Shown here in pieces: positions 10,520 to 18,898 of a stretch of DNA of 59,697 bases (positions within the stretch are counted from its first letter, which is position 1; the number at the start of each line of letters is the position of its first letter). The DNA is taken from the NCBI GenBank assembly GCA_035948165.1, contig DASZJM010000158.1:1-59697 (forward strand). The letters are read 5' to 3'. A program made the position numbers and the translations under genes. Origin of the DNA: Candidatus Methylomirabilota bacterium (GTDB lineage: Bacteria > Methylomirabilota > Methylomirabilia > Rokubacteriales > CSP1-6). The notes under the pieces were generated by a model that saw only the letters and a program-made list of their open reading frames with translations, ran no database searches and was not told the DNA's origin.

Positions 10520-11400
10520 CGAGAGCCTCGGAGCTCGGCGCGCAGCGCGTCGAGCGCGATCGATCGATGGCCCCGGCGCCAGACCAGGACGGTGCGCGCC
10601 TTCGCCACCGCGGGGGGCAGCGGGGAGGTGGCCACGTCGGCCGCGCCCAGGCTGATCCGGATCACCGAGCGGGGCACGATCGCGATGCCGGCGCCCGCCG
10701 CGACGCACGCCACGATCGCGTGGTAGGAGCCGAACTCCATGACCCGCTCCGGCGCGATCCGGGCTCCCCCGAGCCACGCCTCGAGCCGCCGGCGGTACGA
10801 GCAGCCGGTGGCGAAGGCGATCAGGGTGGTGTGGCCCACGTCCCGCGCGCTCCGGATCTTGCGGAAGCTGCGCGGGGTGATCAGCACCAGCTCCTCGCTG
10901 AACGCCGCATCGCCCTCGAGGTCGTCGCCGGTGAACGGCTCGGCCACGAAGGCGGCCTCGATCTCGTGGCGCAGGACCCGGTCCACGAGGGCGCCGGTGG
11001 TGCCGGTCACCAGCTCGAGCCGCACGTCCGGATACTTCCGGTGATAGCGGGCGAGGATCGGGGGGAGGCGGGTGGCCGCGGTGCTCTCGAGGGCCCCGAG
11101 CTGGAGCACGCCGGCCGGCGCGCCGCTCCGCAGGGAAGCCTCGGCCTCGGAGGAGAGGTGCAAGAGCCGGTCGGCGTAGGTGAGGAGGCGGCGCCCCTCC
11201 GTGGAGAGCACGAGCCGGCGGTGCCCGCGGAGGAACAGCTTGGTGCCGAGGCGCTCCTCGAGCTGCTTCACGCGCGTGGTCACGTTCGACGGCACGCGGT
11301 GGAGGCGGCCCGCGGCCTTGGCGATGCCGCCCTGCTCGGCCACCGTCTTGAAGATCTCGAGCGCGGTCAGGTCGATGTTTCCCATATCGAGAACAGTCAT
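10507..11400 (-). CDS. LysR family transcriptional regulator
   Basis: Track ORF 10507..11499. The likely start is ATG at 11400 (or 11385). It has the HTH AAGRLHRVPSNVTTRVKQLE and is divergent from an MFS gene. Confidence 0.85.
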   Translation of the reverse strand: MTVLDMGNIDLTALEIFKTVAEQGGIAKAAGRLHRVPSNVTTRVKQLEERLGTKLFLRGHRRLVLSTEGRRLLTYADRLLHLSSEAEASLRSGAPAGVLQLGALESTAATRLPPILARYHRKYPDVRLELVTGTTGALVDRVLRHEIEAAFVAEPFTGDDLEGDAAFSEELVLITPRSFRKIRSARDVGHTTLIAFATGCSYRRRLEAWLGGARIAPERVMEFGSYHAIVACVAAGAGIAIVPRSVIRISLGAADVATSPLPPAVAKARTVLVWRRGHRSIALDALRAELRGSRYPR

Positions 11401-11450
11401 ATCACAATAATTCACTTTTATGCCCACGAGACGCCGGCGAGACTTGAGGC
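11401..11450. promoter_or_regulatory. AT-rich divergent promoter/operator region between the LysR and MFS genes
   Basis: ATCACAATAATTCACTTTTATGCCC is strikingly AT-rich for this DNA and contains a T-N11-A string (TCACAATAATTCA) of the LysR-box type. No clear dyad is present. Confidence 0.35.
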
Positions 11451-12650
11451 ATGGCGACGACGACGCTCGCGGCCCGGCCCGCTCCCCGCCCCGCTCCACT
11501 TGTGACCGCCCTGGCCGGGCTCGTCACCTTGGGCGTCGCCATGGGCATCGGCCGGTTCGCCTTCACCCCGATCCTGCCCATGATGCAGCAGGACGCGGCG
11601 GTCTCGGTGGCGGTGGGCGGGTGGCTCGCGTCGGCGAACTATTTGGGGTATCTGCTCGGCGCGATCTCGGCGGTGGCGCTCCGGGCGCGCGCCACCACGA
11701 TCGTCCGGGCCGGGCTCGTCGCCATCGCGCTGGTGACGGTGGGGATGGGGATGACCGGGAGCTTCCCGGCCTGGCTGCTGCTGCGGGCGCTGGCCGGGGT
11801 GGCGAGCGCCTGGGTCCTGGTCTTCGCCTCCGCGTGGGCGCTGGGCCGGCTCGGGGCGGCGGAGCGGCCGGTGCTGCGGGGCGCGGTCTTCGGAGGCGTC
11901 GGCGCCGGGATCGCGGCGGCCGGCCTGCTCTGCGTCGCCCTCATGGAGCGCGGCGCCGGATCGGCGGGCGCGTGGCGCGCGCTCGGCGTCATCGCGCTGG
12001 CCGGGACCGCGGCGGTCTGGCCGGCGCTCCGCGAGGACCGCGACGCGGGCGGAGCGCCGGACCCGCGGCGGGCCGCCGGTCGCCCTCGGTGGGATCTCGA
12101 CTCGGTGCGTCTCGTCCTCTGCCACGGGATCCTGGGGCTCGGCTACATCATCCCCGCGACCTTCGTGCCCGCGATGGCGCGGACGCTCGTGCCCGACCCG
12201 CTCGTCTTCGGCTGGGCGTGGCCGATCTTCGGCGCCGCCGCGATGGCGTCGACGCTCGTGGCCGGGGCCGCGATCCGCCTGGTGGGGAACCGGCGGCTGT
12301 GGGCCCTGAGCCAGCTGGTCATGGCGGCGGGCGTGGCCGCGCCGGTGCTGTGGCCCAGCATGGGCGGCATCATGGTGGCCGCGCTGCTCGTGGGAGGCAC
12401 CTTCATGGTAAGCACCATGGGCGGGATGCAGGAGGCGCAGATCGTCGCGGGGCCGCACGCGACGCGGCTGATGGCCGCGATGACCGCCGCGTTCGCGGCG
12501 GGCCAGATCGTCGGGCCGCTCCTGGTGGCGACCGCGGTCGGGCCAAACCGCGATTTCTCGCGGCCGCTGTCGATCGCGTGCCTGCTGCTGCTGGTGAGCG
12601 CGGGCGCGCTGGCCCGCCGGGTGGGGCCGGGACAGGGCGCGGGGCGCTGA
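11451..12650 (+). CDS. MFS transporter, YbfB/YjiJ-like family
   Basis: 399-aa polytopic ORF. The N-terminal GIGRFAFTPILPMMQQD is typical of the YbfB/YjiJ MFS subfamily. Confidence 0.8.
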   Translation: MATTTLAARPAPRPAPLVTALAGLVTLGVAMGIGRFAFTPILPMMQQDAAVSVAVGGWLASANYLGYLLGAISAVALRARATTIVRAGLVAIALVTVGMGMTGSFPAWLLLRALAGVASAWVLVFASAWALGRLGAAERPVLRGAVFGGVGAGIAAAGLLCVALMERGAGSAGAWRALGVIALAGTAAVWPALREDRDAGGAPDPRRAAGRPRWDLDSVRLVLCHGILGLGYIIPATFVPAMARTLVPDPLVFGWAWPIFGAAAMASTLVAGAAIRLVGNRRLWALSQLVMAAGVAAPVLWPSMGGIMVAALLVGGTFMVSTMGGMQEAQIVAGPHATRLMAAMTAAFAAGQIVGPLLVATAVGPNRDFSRPLSIACLLLLVSAGALARRVGPGQGAGR

Positions 12651-12653
12651 GGG

Positions 12654-13286
12654 TCAGCGCCCCGGACGGGCGTGCTGCAGGGCGATTTCGACTGCGCGGA
12701 CCATCAGGGGCAGGTCCATGCTCGGCTCCTCGAGGGCGTGCGCGCTCACCATCGACGGCAGGTACGGCAGGTGGATGAAGCCGGTGGGGATCGACCACCC
12801 CCGGCCAGCGAGGGCGTGCAGGGTGGTGTAGGAGATGTCGTTGCAGAGATAGGTCCCGGCGGTGTTCGAGATCGCGGCGGGAATGCCCTCCGCGGTGAGC
12901 GCGGCCAGCATCGCGCGCAGGGGCAGCGTGCTGAAGTAGGCGGCGGGGCCGTCCTCCACGCAGGCCACCCCGCTCAGCACCTGCCCGTGGGCGTCGGGCC
13001 GCGAGTAGTCCATCACGTTGACCGCCACCCGCTCCAGCGAGACGCGCGCGCGCCCGCCGGCCAGGCCCAGGTGCACCACCGCGGCGAGCTCCGGCGCGTC
13101 GAGGAGGGGCGCCACCCGCGCGCGCGCCGCCTCGTGCTGCACCGGCAGGATCACGCTACGCACCACCGCGTCGCCGATCACGCGGCCGTCGAGCTGCTTG
13201 GCCACCTCTCCGGACGGGTTGACCGAGTCGCCGTCGAAGGGCTCGAACCCGGTGAGCAGGAAATGGCGCGACGGCTCGGGCGTCAC
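12654..13286 (-). CDS. pcp: pyroglutamyl-peptidase I
   Basis: This is the C-terminal part of track ORF 12654..13871. GTG at 13286 overlaps the upstream stop (GTGA). It has the motifs LLTGFEPFDG and AGTYLCND (catalytic Cys). Confidence 0.85.
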   Translation of the reverse strand: MTPEPSRHFLLTGFEPFDGDSVNPSGEVAKQLDGRVIGDAVVRSVILPVQHEAARARVAPLLDAPELAAVVHLGLAGGRARVSLERVAVNVMDYSRPDAHGQVLSGVACVEDGPAAYFSTLPLRAMLAALTAEGIPAAISNTAGTYLCNDISYTTLHALAGRGWSIPTGFIHLPYLPSMVSAHALEEPSMDLPLMVRAVEIALQHARPGR

Positions 13287-13807
13287 GCGGGCTGCACTCC
13301 CTTGCGATGGCGCTGGGCGAGGGCCTGGTAGCCGGTCGGGTTGACCTGCACCCAGCGCTCGGCCGGCGTGCCCGCGAGCGGGCCCTTCACCTTGCAGGGC
13401 GCGCCCATGGCCAGGGTGCCGTCGGGGATCTCGGTGCCCGGCGTCACCAGCGAGCCGGCGGCCACCATCGCCCGCACCCCGATCTTGACCCCGTCGAGCA
13501 GGGTCGACGAGTTGCCCACCAGCGCCTCCTCGCCGACGGTGGCCGCGTGCACCAGGCACAGGTGGCCGACGGTGGCGCCGGGGCCGATCTCGACGCCACC
13601 GGCCGGGGTCACGTGGATGACCGCGCAGTCCTGCACGTTGGCGCCGCGGCGGATCACGATCGGGTTGAAGTCGGCGCGGAGGACGGTGTTGTACCAGACC
13701 GACGCGTTCTCCTCCACCGTGACGTCGCCGATGAGGTTGGCGGTGGGGGCGATGAACGCGGTGGGGTGCACGCGCGGCGACTTGCCTTCGAACGAGAAGA
13801 GCGGCAT
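13283..13807 (-). CDS. gamma-carbonic-anhydrase-like / hexapeptide-repeat (YrdA/PaaY) protein
   Basis: ATG at 13807 with an AAGGAG SD. The translation MPLFSFEGKSPRVHPTAFIAPTANLIGDVTVEENASVWYNTVLRAD is a typical left-handed beta-helix family N-terminus. Confidence 0.85.
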   Translation of the reverse strand: MPLFSFEGKSPRVHPTAFIAPTANLIGDVTVEENASVWYNTVLRADFNPIVIRRGANVQDCAVIHVTPAGGVEIGPGATVGHLCLVHAATVGEEALVGNSSTLLDGVKIGVRAMVAAGSLVTPGTEIPDGTLAMGAPCKVKGPLAGTPAERWVQVNPTGYQALAQRHRKGVQPA

Positions 13808-13877
13808 CCGCGGCTCCTTGCCGACGAGGGAATGGCTGCGAGGCCCGATATTGCGCCCGTCCCCGGGGCAAGGCAAG

Positions 13878-13906
13878 TGGACAAGGTAGGGGGTGAGGTG
13901 TAGCCT
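13878..13906 (+). promoter_or_regulatory. putative promoter TGGACA-N17-TAGCCT upstream of the type III PKS operon
   Basis: Read directly: -35-like at 13878-13883 and -10-like at 13901-13906. The ATG at 13916 lies only 10 nt after the -10, so the leader would be very short. Confidence 0.3.
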
Positions 13907-13915
13907 GCGCCCATC

Positions 13916-14941
13916 ATGGCCGCGCCCAAGATCGCCGCCGTCGCCACCGCCACGCCGCGCTGGCGCTACGATCAGGCCACCGTGCTGCGCATGTCGGGCT
14001 ACGACGACCCGCGGCGCATGGGATTTTTCAGCAATAGTTTGATAGAGACGCGCCACCTCTACATGGACCCGGAGACCTTCACCCCCGACGAGAGTGTGGA
14101 CCAGCTCAACGAGCGCTGGCGCCGGGGCGCGGTGGAGGTAGGCACCGCGGCGGTGGCGCGCGCCATCGAGCGCGCGGGCTGGCGCCGCGAGGACGTCGAC
14201 TTCCTCGCCACCACCACGTGCACCGGGCGCGTGTGCCCGAGCCTCGACGCCCAGATCATCAACGAGCTGGGGCTCAAGTCCACCGTCCAGCGCGTGCACG
14301 TGGGCGACACCGGCTGCGCGAGCGCGATGGTGGCGATGCAGCAGGTGTCCAACCACCTGCGCGCGTTCCCCGAGCACCGCGCGGTGATGGTGGCGGTGGA
14401 GATCTGCTCGGCGGCGTACTTCCTCGACGACCGGCTCGAGAGCGCGGTGGCCCACGCGATCTTCGCGGACGGAGCGGGCGCCATCGCGATCAGCGGAGAC
14501 GGGGCGGGGCCGGAGATCGTCGAGCACCGCACCATCTTCCGCTCCGAGCACCTGGGGGCGATGGGCTTCGAGTACCCGGGCGGGCGGCCGCGGGTGGTGC
14601 TCTCCAAGGACGTGCGGCGCATCGGGGCGGGCATGATGAAGGAGATGGCCGACGCCCTGATGGCGAGCAACGGGCTCAAGACCGAGGACATCGGTCACTT
14701 CGTGCTGCACTCCGCGGGCCGCCGGGTGATCGAGCAGGTGGGCAAGGTGATGTCCCTCGACGAGACGCGCCTCGCCCACTCGCGCCACGTGCTGCAGCAG
14801 TACGGCAACATGTCGTCGGCCACCGTGGTGTTCGTGCTCGACGACCTGCTGCGGTCGGGCGAGCCGGCCCCGGGGGACTGGGGGCTCATGATCGCCCTGG
14901 GGCCGGGGTTCGCGGCCGAGGGCGCTCTGCTCCGCTGGTAA
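13916..14941 (+). CDS. type III polyketide synthase (chalcone/stilbene synthase family)
   Basis: 341-aa ORF with a Cys-His-Asn triad in GDTGCASAMVA, FVLHSAGRRV and YGNMSSATV. Confidence 0.9.
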   Translation: MAAPKIAAVATATPRWRYDQATVLRMSGYDDPRRMGFFSNSLIETRHLYMDPETFTPDESVDQLNERWRRGAVEVGTAAVARAIERAGWRREDVDFLATTTCTGRVCPSLDAQIINELGLKSTVQRVHVGDTGCASAMVAMQQVSNHLRAFPEHRAVMVAVEICSAAYFLDDRLESAVAHAIFADGAGAIAISGDGAGPEIVEHRTIFRSEHLGAMGFEYPGGRPRVVLSKDVRRIGAGMMKEMADALMASNGLKTEDIGHFVLHSAGRRVIEQVGKVMSLDETRLAHSRHVLQQYGNMSSATVVFVLDDLLRSGEPAPGDWGLMIALGPGFAAEGALLRW

Positions 14942-15666
14942 TGCCGCTCTTCCCTCCGCTGGCGCGGGCGGTGGGCGCGCTCGAGATCATCGACGGTCCG
15001 CGGCCGGTCGCCTTCGACGACATGGCGTGCTGCATGAGGGACATCGCGCGGGTGAACGGGCTCTTCGGCGGGCGCATGGTCACCATGATCCACGTCAAGC
15101 GGCTCCTCGCCGCGCTGCCCGCCGACCATCTCATCACCGTGCTCGACGTGGGCACCGGGGCGGGGGACATCCCGCGCGCGCTGGTGCGCTGGGCGCGCGG
15201 CGAGGGTCGCCGCATCCGGGTGTTCGCGCTGGATCGCGACGCGGACACCCTCAAGATCGCGGCCCAGGTGGTGCGCGCCTACCCGGAGATCGTCTTCCTG
15301 CGCGGCGACGCGCTGTCGCTGCCGATCCGGCCGGGCTCGGTGGACCTCACCATCTCCGCGATGACCCTCCACCACCTGGAGCCGGAGGCGGGCGTGCGCT
15401 ACCTCGCCGAGATGGACGCGACGGCGCGGGTGGGCATGATCGTGAACGACCTGGTGCGCTCGCGCATCGCCCACGCGGTGGTGTGGCTGATCACGCGCTT
15501 CATCACCCGCAGCGCGATCTCGCGGCACGACGGGCCGCTGTCGGTGCGGCGGTCGTACACCCCGCACGAGGTGAGCGGCCTGTGCGAGCGAGCGGGGGTG
15601 AGGGACGCGAGCATCGTGCATCACTGGCCGTATTTTCGGTTCTGCGCGGTGCGGGCCAAGCGGTGA
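14941..15666 (+). CDS. class I SAM-dependent methyltransferase
   Basis: ATG 14941 overlaps the PKS TAA by 1 nt. It has SAM motif I VLDVGTGAGDI and lies in frame with track ORF 14218..15666. Confidence 0.8.
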   Translation: MPLFPPLARAVGALEIIDGPRPVAFDDMACCMRDIARVNGLFGGRMVTMIHVKRLLAALPADHLITVLDVGTGAGDIPRALVRWARGEGRRIRVFALDRDADTLKIAAQVVRAYPEIVFLRGDALSLPIRPGSVDLTISAMTLHHLEPEAGVRYLAEMDATARVGMIVNDLVRSRIAHAVVWLITRFITRSAISRHDGPLSVRRSYTPHEVSGLCERAGVRDASIVHHWPYFRFCAVRAKR

Positions 15667-16877
15667 CCCGCGCCGACGTGGTCGTGGTGGGCGCCGGGCC
15701 CGCGGGCGCCGCGACCGCCATCCTGCTCGCGGAGCGGGGCCACGCGGTCACCCTCCTCGACAAGGCCGCGTTCCCGCGCCCGAAGATCTGCGGCGAGTAC
15801 CTCTCGCCCGAGGCCGCGCGCGTGCTGGATCGCCTGGGGGTCCTCAAGGCGGTGGACGCGGCGGGGGCCCAGCCGCTCCACGGGATGCGCATCACCGCAC
15901 CGGACGGCACCGTTCTCGACGGCACGTACCCGACGGGCGGGCGGTGGCGCGGCTACCGCGACCACGCGCTCGCGCTGCCGCGCGAGGTCTTCGACCGCAT
16001 CCTGGTCGAGCGGGCGCGGGCGCTGCCGGTCGACGTGCGCGAGCGGCAGCGGGTGACCGGGCTGCTGCGCGAGGGCGACCGCGTGGTGGGCGTGCAGGCG
16101 GAGGACGAGGACGGCGCCCGCGTGGACGTGGCCGCGCGGCTCGTGGTGGGCGCGGACGGGCGCGCCTCGGTGGTGGCGCGCGCGCTCGGCCTCGTGCGAC
16201 CGCACCGGCTGCGGCGGCTGGCCCTCATCCAGTACGTGAGCGGGGTCGACGGGCTCGGCGATCGCGGCGAGATCTTCGTCGACCCGCCCGACTACTCGAT
16301 CCTGAACCCGGTGGCGCCGGGCCTCGTGAACCTGAGCCTGGTGGTGCCGCTCGCGCACGCGACGCCGTTTCGCGGGCGGCTCGAGGCTTTCCTCGGCGCG
16401 CGGATCAAGCAGCTACGTCATCTGCCCGCGCGCGTGGCCGGGATGCGCGTGGAGGGGCCGCTGCGGGTGATGGGGCCGCTCGCCTATCGCGTGGCCGAGC
16501 CGCGGGTGGGCGGCGTGCTCCTGGCCGGGGACGCGGCGGGCTTCTACGATCCCTTCACCGGCGAGGGGCTCTTCACCGCACTCCGCTCCGCCGAGCTGCT
16601 CGCCGAGGTGGCGCATCCCGCGCTCGCGCGCGACGACCTCTCGCCCCACGCGCTGGCGCCCTACGCGACCGCGAAGCGCCGGGCCTTCGCGGACAAGGCG
16701 CGCGTCACCCGCGCGCTCCAGCTCGTCATCGGCCACCGCCGCCTCGCGAACGCGGCCGCCCACTTCCTGCGCCGCCGCCCGGCGCTGCTCGCCACCCTCA
16801 TGGGTGTGATCGGCGACTTCATCCCCCCGCGCGCGATCTGGGGTCAGGTCTTACATTCCGACAATGCCGGAATGTAA
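15663..16877 (+). CDS. FAD-dependent oxidoreductase (geranylgeranyl-reductase / aromatic hydroxylase-like flavoprotein)
   Basis: GTG 15663 overlaps the methyltransferase stop (GTGA). It has the FAD fold VVVGAGPAGAATAILLAERGHAVTLLDK. Confidence 0.85.
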   Translation: MTRADVVVVGAGPAGAATAILLAERGHAVTLLDKAAFPRPKICGEYLSPEAARVLDRLGVLKAVDAAGAQPLHGMRITAPDGTVLDGTYPTGGRWRGYRDHALALPREVFDRILVERARALPVDVRERQRVTGLLREGDRVVGVQAEDEDGARVDVAARLVVGADGRASVVARALGLVRPHRLRRLALIQYVSGVDGLGDRGEIFVDPPDYSILNPVAPGLVNLSLVVPLAHATPFRGRLEAFLGARIKQLRHLPARVAGMRVEGPLRVMGPLAYRVAEPRVGGVLLAGDAAGFYDPFTGEGLFTALRSAELLAEVAHPALARDDLSPHALAPYATAKRRAFADKARVTRALQLVIGHRRLANAAAHFLRRRPALLATLMGVIGDFIPPRAIWGQVLHSDNAGM

Positions 16878-16888
16878 GACCTGACCCC
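16840..16888. terminator. perfect 21-bp stem / 7-nt loop hairpin between convergent genes (bidirectional terminator or REP-like element)
   Basis: GGGGTCAGGTCTTACATTCCG (16840-16860), loop ACAATGC, CGGAATGTAAGACCTGACCCC (16868-16888). It overlaps the last 12 codons and the stop of the oxidoreductase. There is no U-tract. Confidence 0.5.
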
Positions 16889-16891
16889 GGC

Positions 16892-18322
16892 CTAGCGGCG
16901 GGCGCGGCGGCGGGGAGTGGGAGCGGCGGGGCGCTCCTCGGCGGCGCCGGCCTCGGGCTGGTCGGACTGCAGGAGCGGGATGTTGGCCTCACGGAGCGGA
17001 CGGCCGATGTGGTCGCGGATCCACTTGCCGTCCCACCACTCGACCGGCGTGACCGAGATGCCCTGGATGAGCACCTCGAAGTGCAGGTGGTCGCCGAGGG
17101 CCAAGCCGGTGGCGCCGCTCTTGCCGAGCTCCTGCCCCTTCTTCACCTCGTCGCCCTCCTTCACCTCGATCGTCGAGAGGTGGCCGTAGAGGGTCTGCAG
17201 CCCCCAGCCGTGGTCGACCACCACCGCGTTGCCGTAGATGTTGAGCGGCGCCGCGTAGACCACCACCCCCGAGTTGGCCGCGGGCACCGGGCTGTGCTTG
17301 AGCGAGGCGAGGTCGTAGCCCAGGTGCACCTGGGTGTCGACGTCCTGGCCCTGGTAGCGGTAGGTGCGCGTCTCCGCGAAGTTGGAGAACACCTTGGTGT
17401 TGCGCGGCTGGATGAAGGCGCCCTCGAAGAGCGGGGTCGGCTTGCTCTTCTGGCCGAGCGTGCGCTTCATCTCCTCCGCCTCCTTCCGCTTGTCGCGGTT
17501 CACGGTGAGGAAGGCGGCGAGGAGCTGATCGGGCGGGATCGACCCGCGCTCGGGCAAGAGCTCCGGCATCTTGCTCGCGAGGAACTGCTGGCTGATCTCG
17601 ATGGTGTCCATCGGGAACTTGCGCGGCCGGATGTCGACCGCGAGCGCGCGCGAGACCGCGTTGCCCGCCTCGTCCTGCGCCGCGACCGTGATCGGCGAGT
17701 TGGGCGGCAGGTTCCAGGGCAGCGCGTAGAGGGTGGCGTAGAGGCCCGCGTCGGGCGCGCCCGCCGCGAAGCCGGGGAAGAAGAGGTCGCCCACCGTCAC
17801 CCCGACGCGCGCGGCGCCCTTGGCCCGCAGCGCGACCAGCCCGCCGCCACCGCGCGAGAGGTAGCGCGTGGAGGCGAGGATCTCGAGGGTGGGCGGCGTG
17901 AAGTCGAGGGTGACCGGCAGGCTCGCGATGGTGCGGTCGTCGACGCGGATCGGCCGCCAGAACCCGTCGCGCGCCCGCACCTCGAGGGTGGCCGCGCCCT
18001 CGCGCAGCCCGAGGGTGCCGCCGGCCACGATGAGCTGCACCCGCTGGTCGTTGCTGATCGGGCCGGAGAAGGTCTGCTGGGCCACGTTGACGCGGGTGCC
18101 GCCCTGGAGGAGCCGCACGTCCACCGACTGCACCCCGCCGCGGCGCGCGTGCAGGTCGAGGGTGATCGGCGTGCGCACCCCGATGAACTTCGGCACCGGG
18201 GTGAACTCCACGCGCACCGCGGGCACGCTCTGTCGCCACGCGAGGTAGCCGATCCCGCCCAGCATCAGGAGGATGGGCACGAAGAAGATGATCAGCCAGA
18301 TCCGGATCCGCGACCGTGCCAC
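16892..18322 (-). CDS. M23 family metallopeptidase, membrane-anchored
   Basis: 476-aa ORF with a GTG start and an N-terminal TM (IWLIIFFVPILLMLGGIGYLAW). The LytM motifs are HLGYDLA and GDHLHFEV. Confidence 0.85.
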   Translation of the reverse strand: MARSRIRIWLIIFFVPILLMLGGIGYLAWRQSVPAVRVEFTPVPKFIGVRTPITLDLHARRGGVQSVDVRLLQGGTRVNVAQQTFSGPISNDQRVQLIVAGGTLGLREGAATLEVRARDGFWRPIRVDDRTIASLPVTLDFTPPTLEILASTRYLSRGGGGLVALRAKGAARVGVTVGDLFFPGFAAGAPDAGLYATLYALPWNLPPNSPITVAAQDEAGNAVSRALAVDIRPRKFPMDTIEISQQFLASKMPELLPERGSIPPDQLLAAFLTVNRDKRKEAEEMKRTLGQKSKPTPLFEGAFIQPRNTKVFSNFAETRTYRYQGQDVDTQVHLGYDLASLKHSPVPAANSGVVVYAAPLNIYGNAVVVDHGWGLQTLYGHLSTIEVKEGDEVKKGQELGKSGATGLALGDHLHFEVLIQGISVTPVEWWDGKWIRDHIGRPLREANIPLLQSDQPEAGAAEERPAAPTPRRRARR

Positions 18323-18390
18323 GGGACGATGGTAGCAGCCGGAGCGGCCCGAACCTAGATTTTGCTCCCGTTTGTGCTAGACAGGGACCC

Positions 18391-18849
18391 GTGTCCACCC
18401 GGCTCGACTGGGGGAAAATCTTTCGCCTCGCCGCCACCGCCGGCTTCATGGCGAGCGCCGCGCTTCACCTCTCGACGTTCACGCCGTTCCCGCCCGCCTC
18501 CGCGGCCGCGATCGCGCTCGCCCTGCTCGTGGTCGCGTTCGGGCTGCTCGCGGCCATGGTCGTGCGCCTGCGCGAGTCGGGAGCGCCCGCGCGCGGGCAG
18601 GGGACGGTGCGGGTGGTGGAGTGGCGGACGCTGCTGGGCCTGATCCCGGAGGGACCGAAGCGCGCGGGCGTGGCGGTGATCGCCTACGTGCTGATGAATC
18701 TCGTGCTGTGCCTCCTGCTGGCCGACGAGGGCGCCGGGAGCGTGCGGCTGCTCTCCGGGCACCTCCTGCTCTTCTACTTGATTCCGTTCATGTATTTTCG
18801 CTTCGTGGAGCCGCGGTTGCGCGGCGGCGGCGGGCCGTCGCAACCTTGA
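18391..18849 (+). CDS. hypothetical membrane protein (about 4 TM segments)
   Basis: Track ORF 18316..18849. The first in-frame start that does not overlap the divergent M23 gene is GTG 18391. The protein is hydrophobic and I recognise no family. The start is uncertain. Confidence 0.45.
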   Translation: MSTRLDWGKIFRLAATAGFMASAALHLSTFTPFPPASAAAIALALLVVAFGLLAAMVVRLRESGAPARGQGTVRVVEWRTLLGLIPEGPKRAGVAVIAYVLMNLVLCLLLADEGAGSVRLLSGHLLLFYLIPFMYFRFVEPRLRGGGGPSQP

Positions 18850-18875
18850 CACCCCCACCCCCGACCGCTTAGAGT
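18846..18875 (+). promoter_or_regulatory. putative sigma70-type promoter TTGACA-N18-TAGAGT upstream of nuoL
   Basis: Read directly: TTGACA at 18846-18851 and TAGAGT at 18870-18875, which is 24 nt upstream of ATG 18899. Confidence 0.4.
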
Positions 18876-18898
18876 GTTGCGGGTTTGCACCCGAACTC

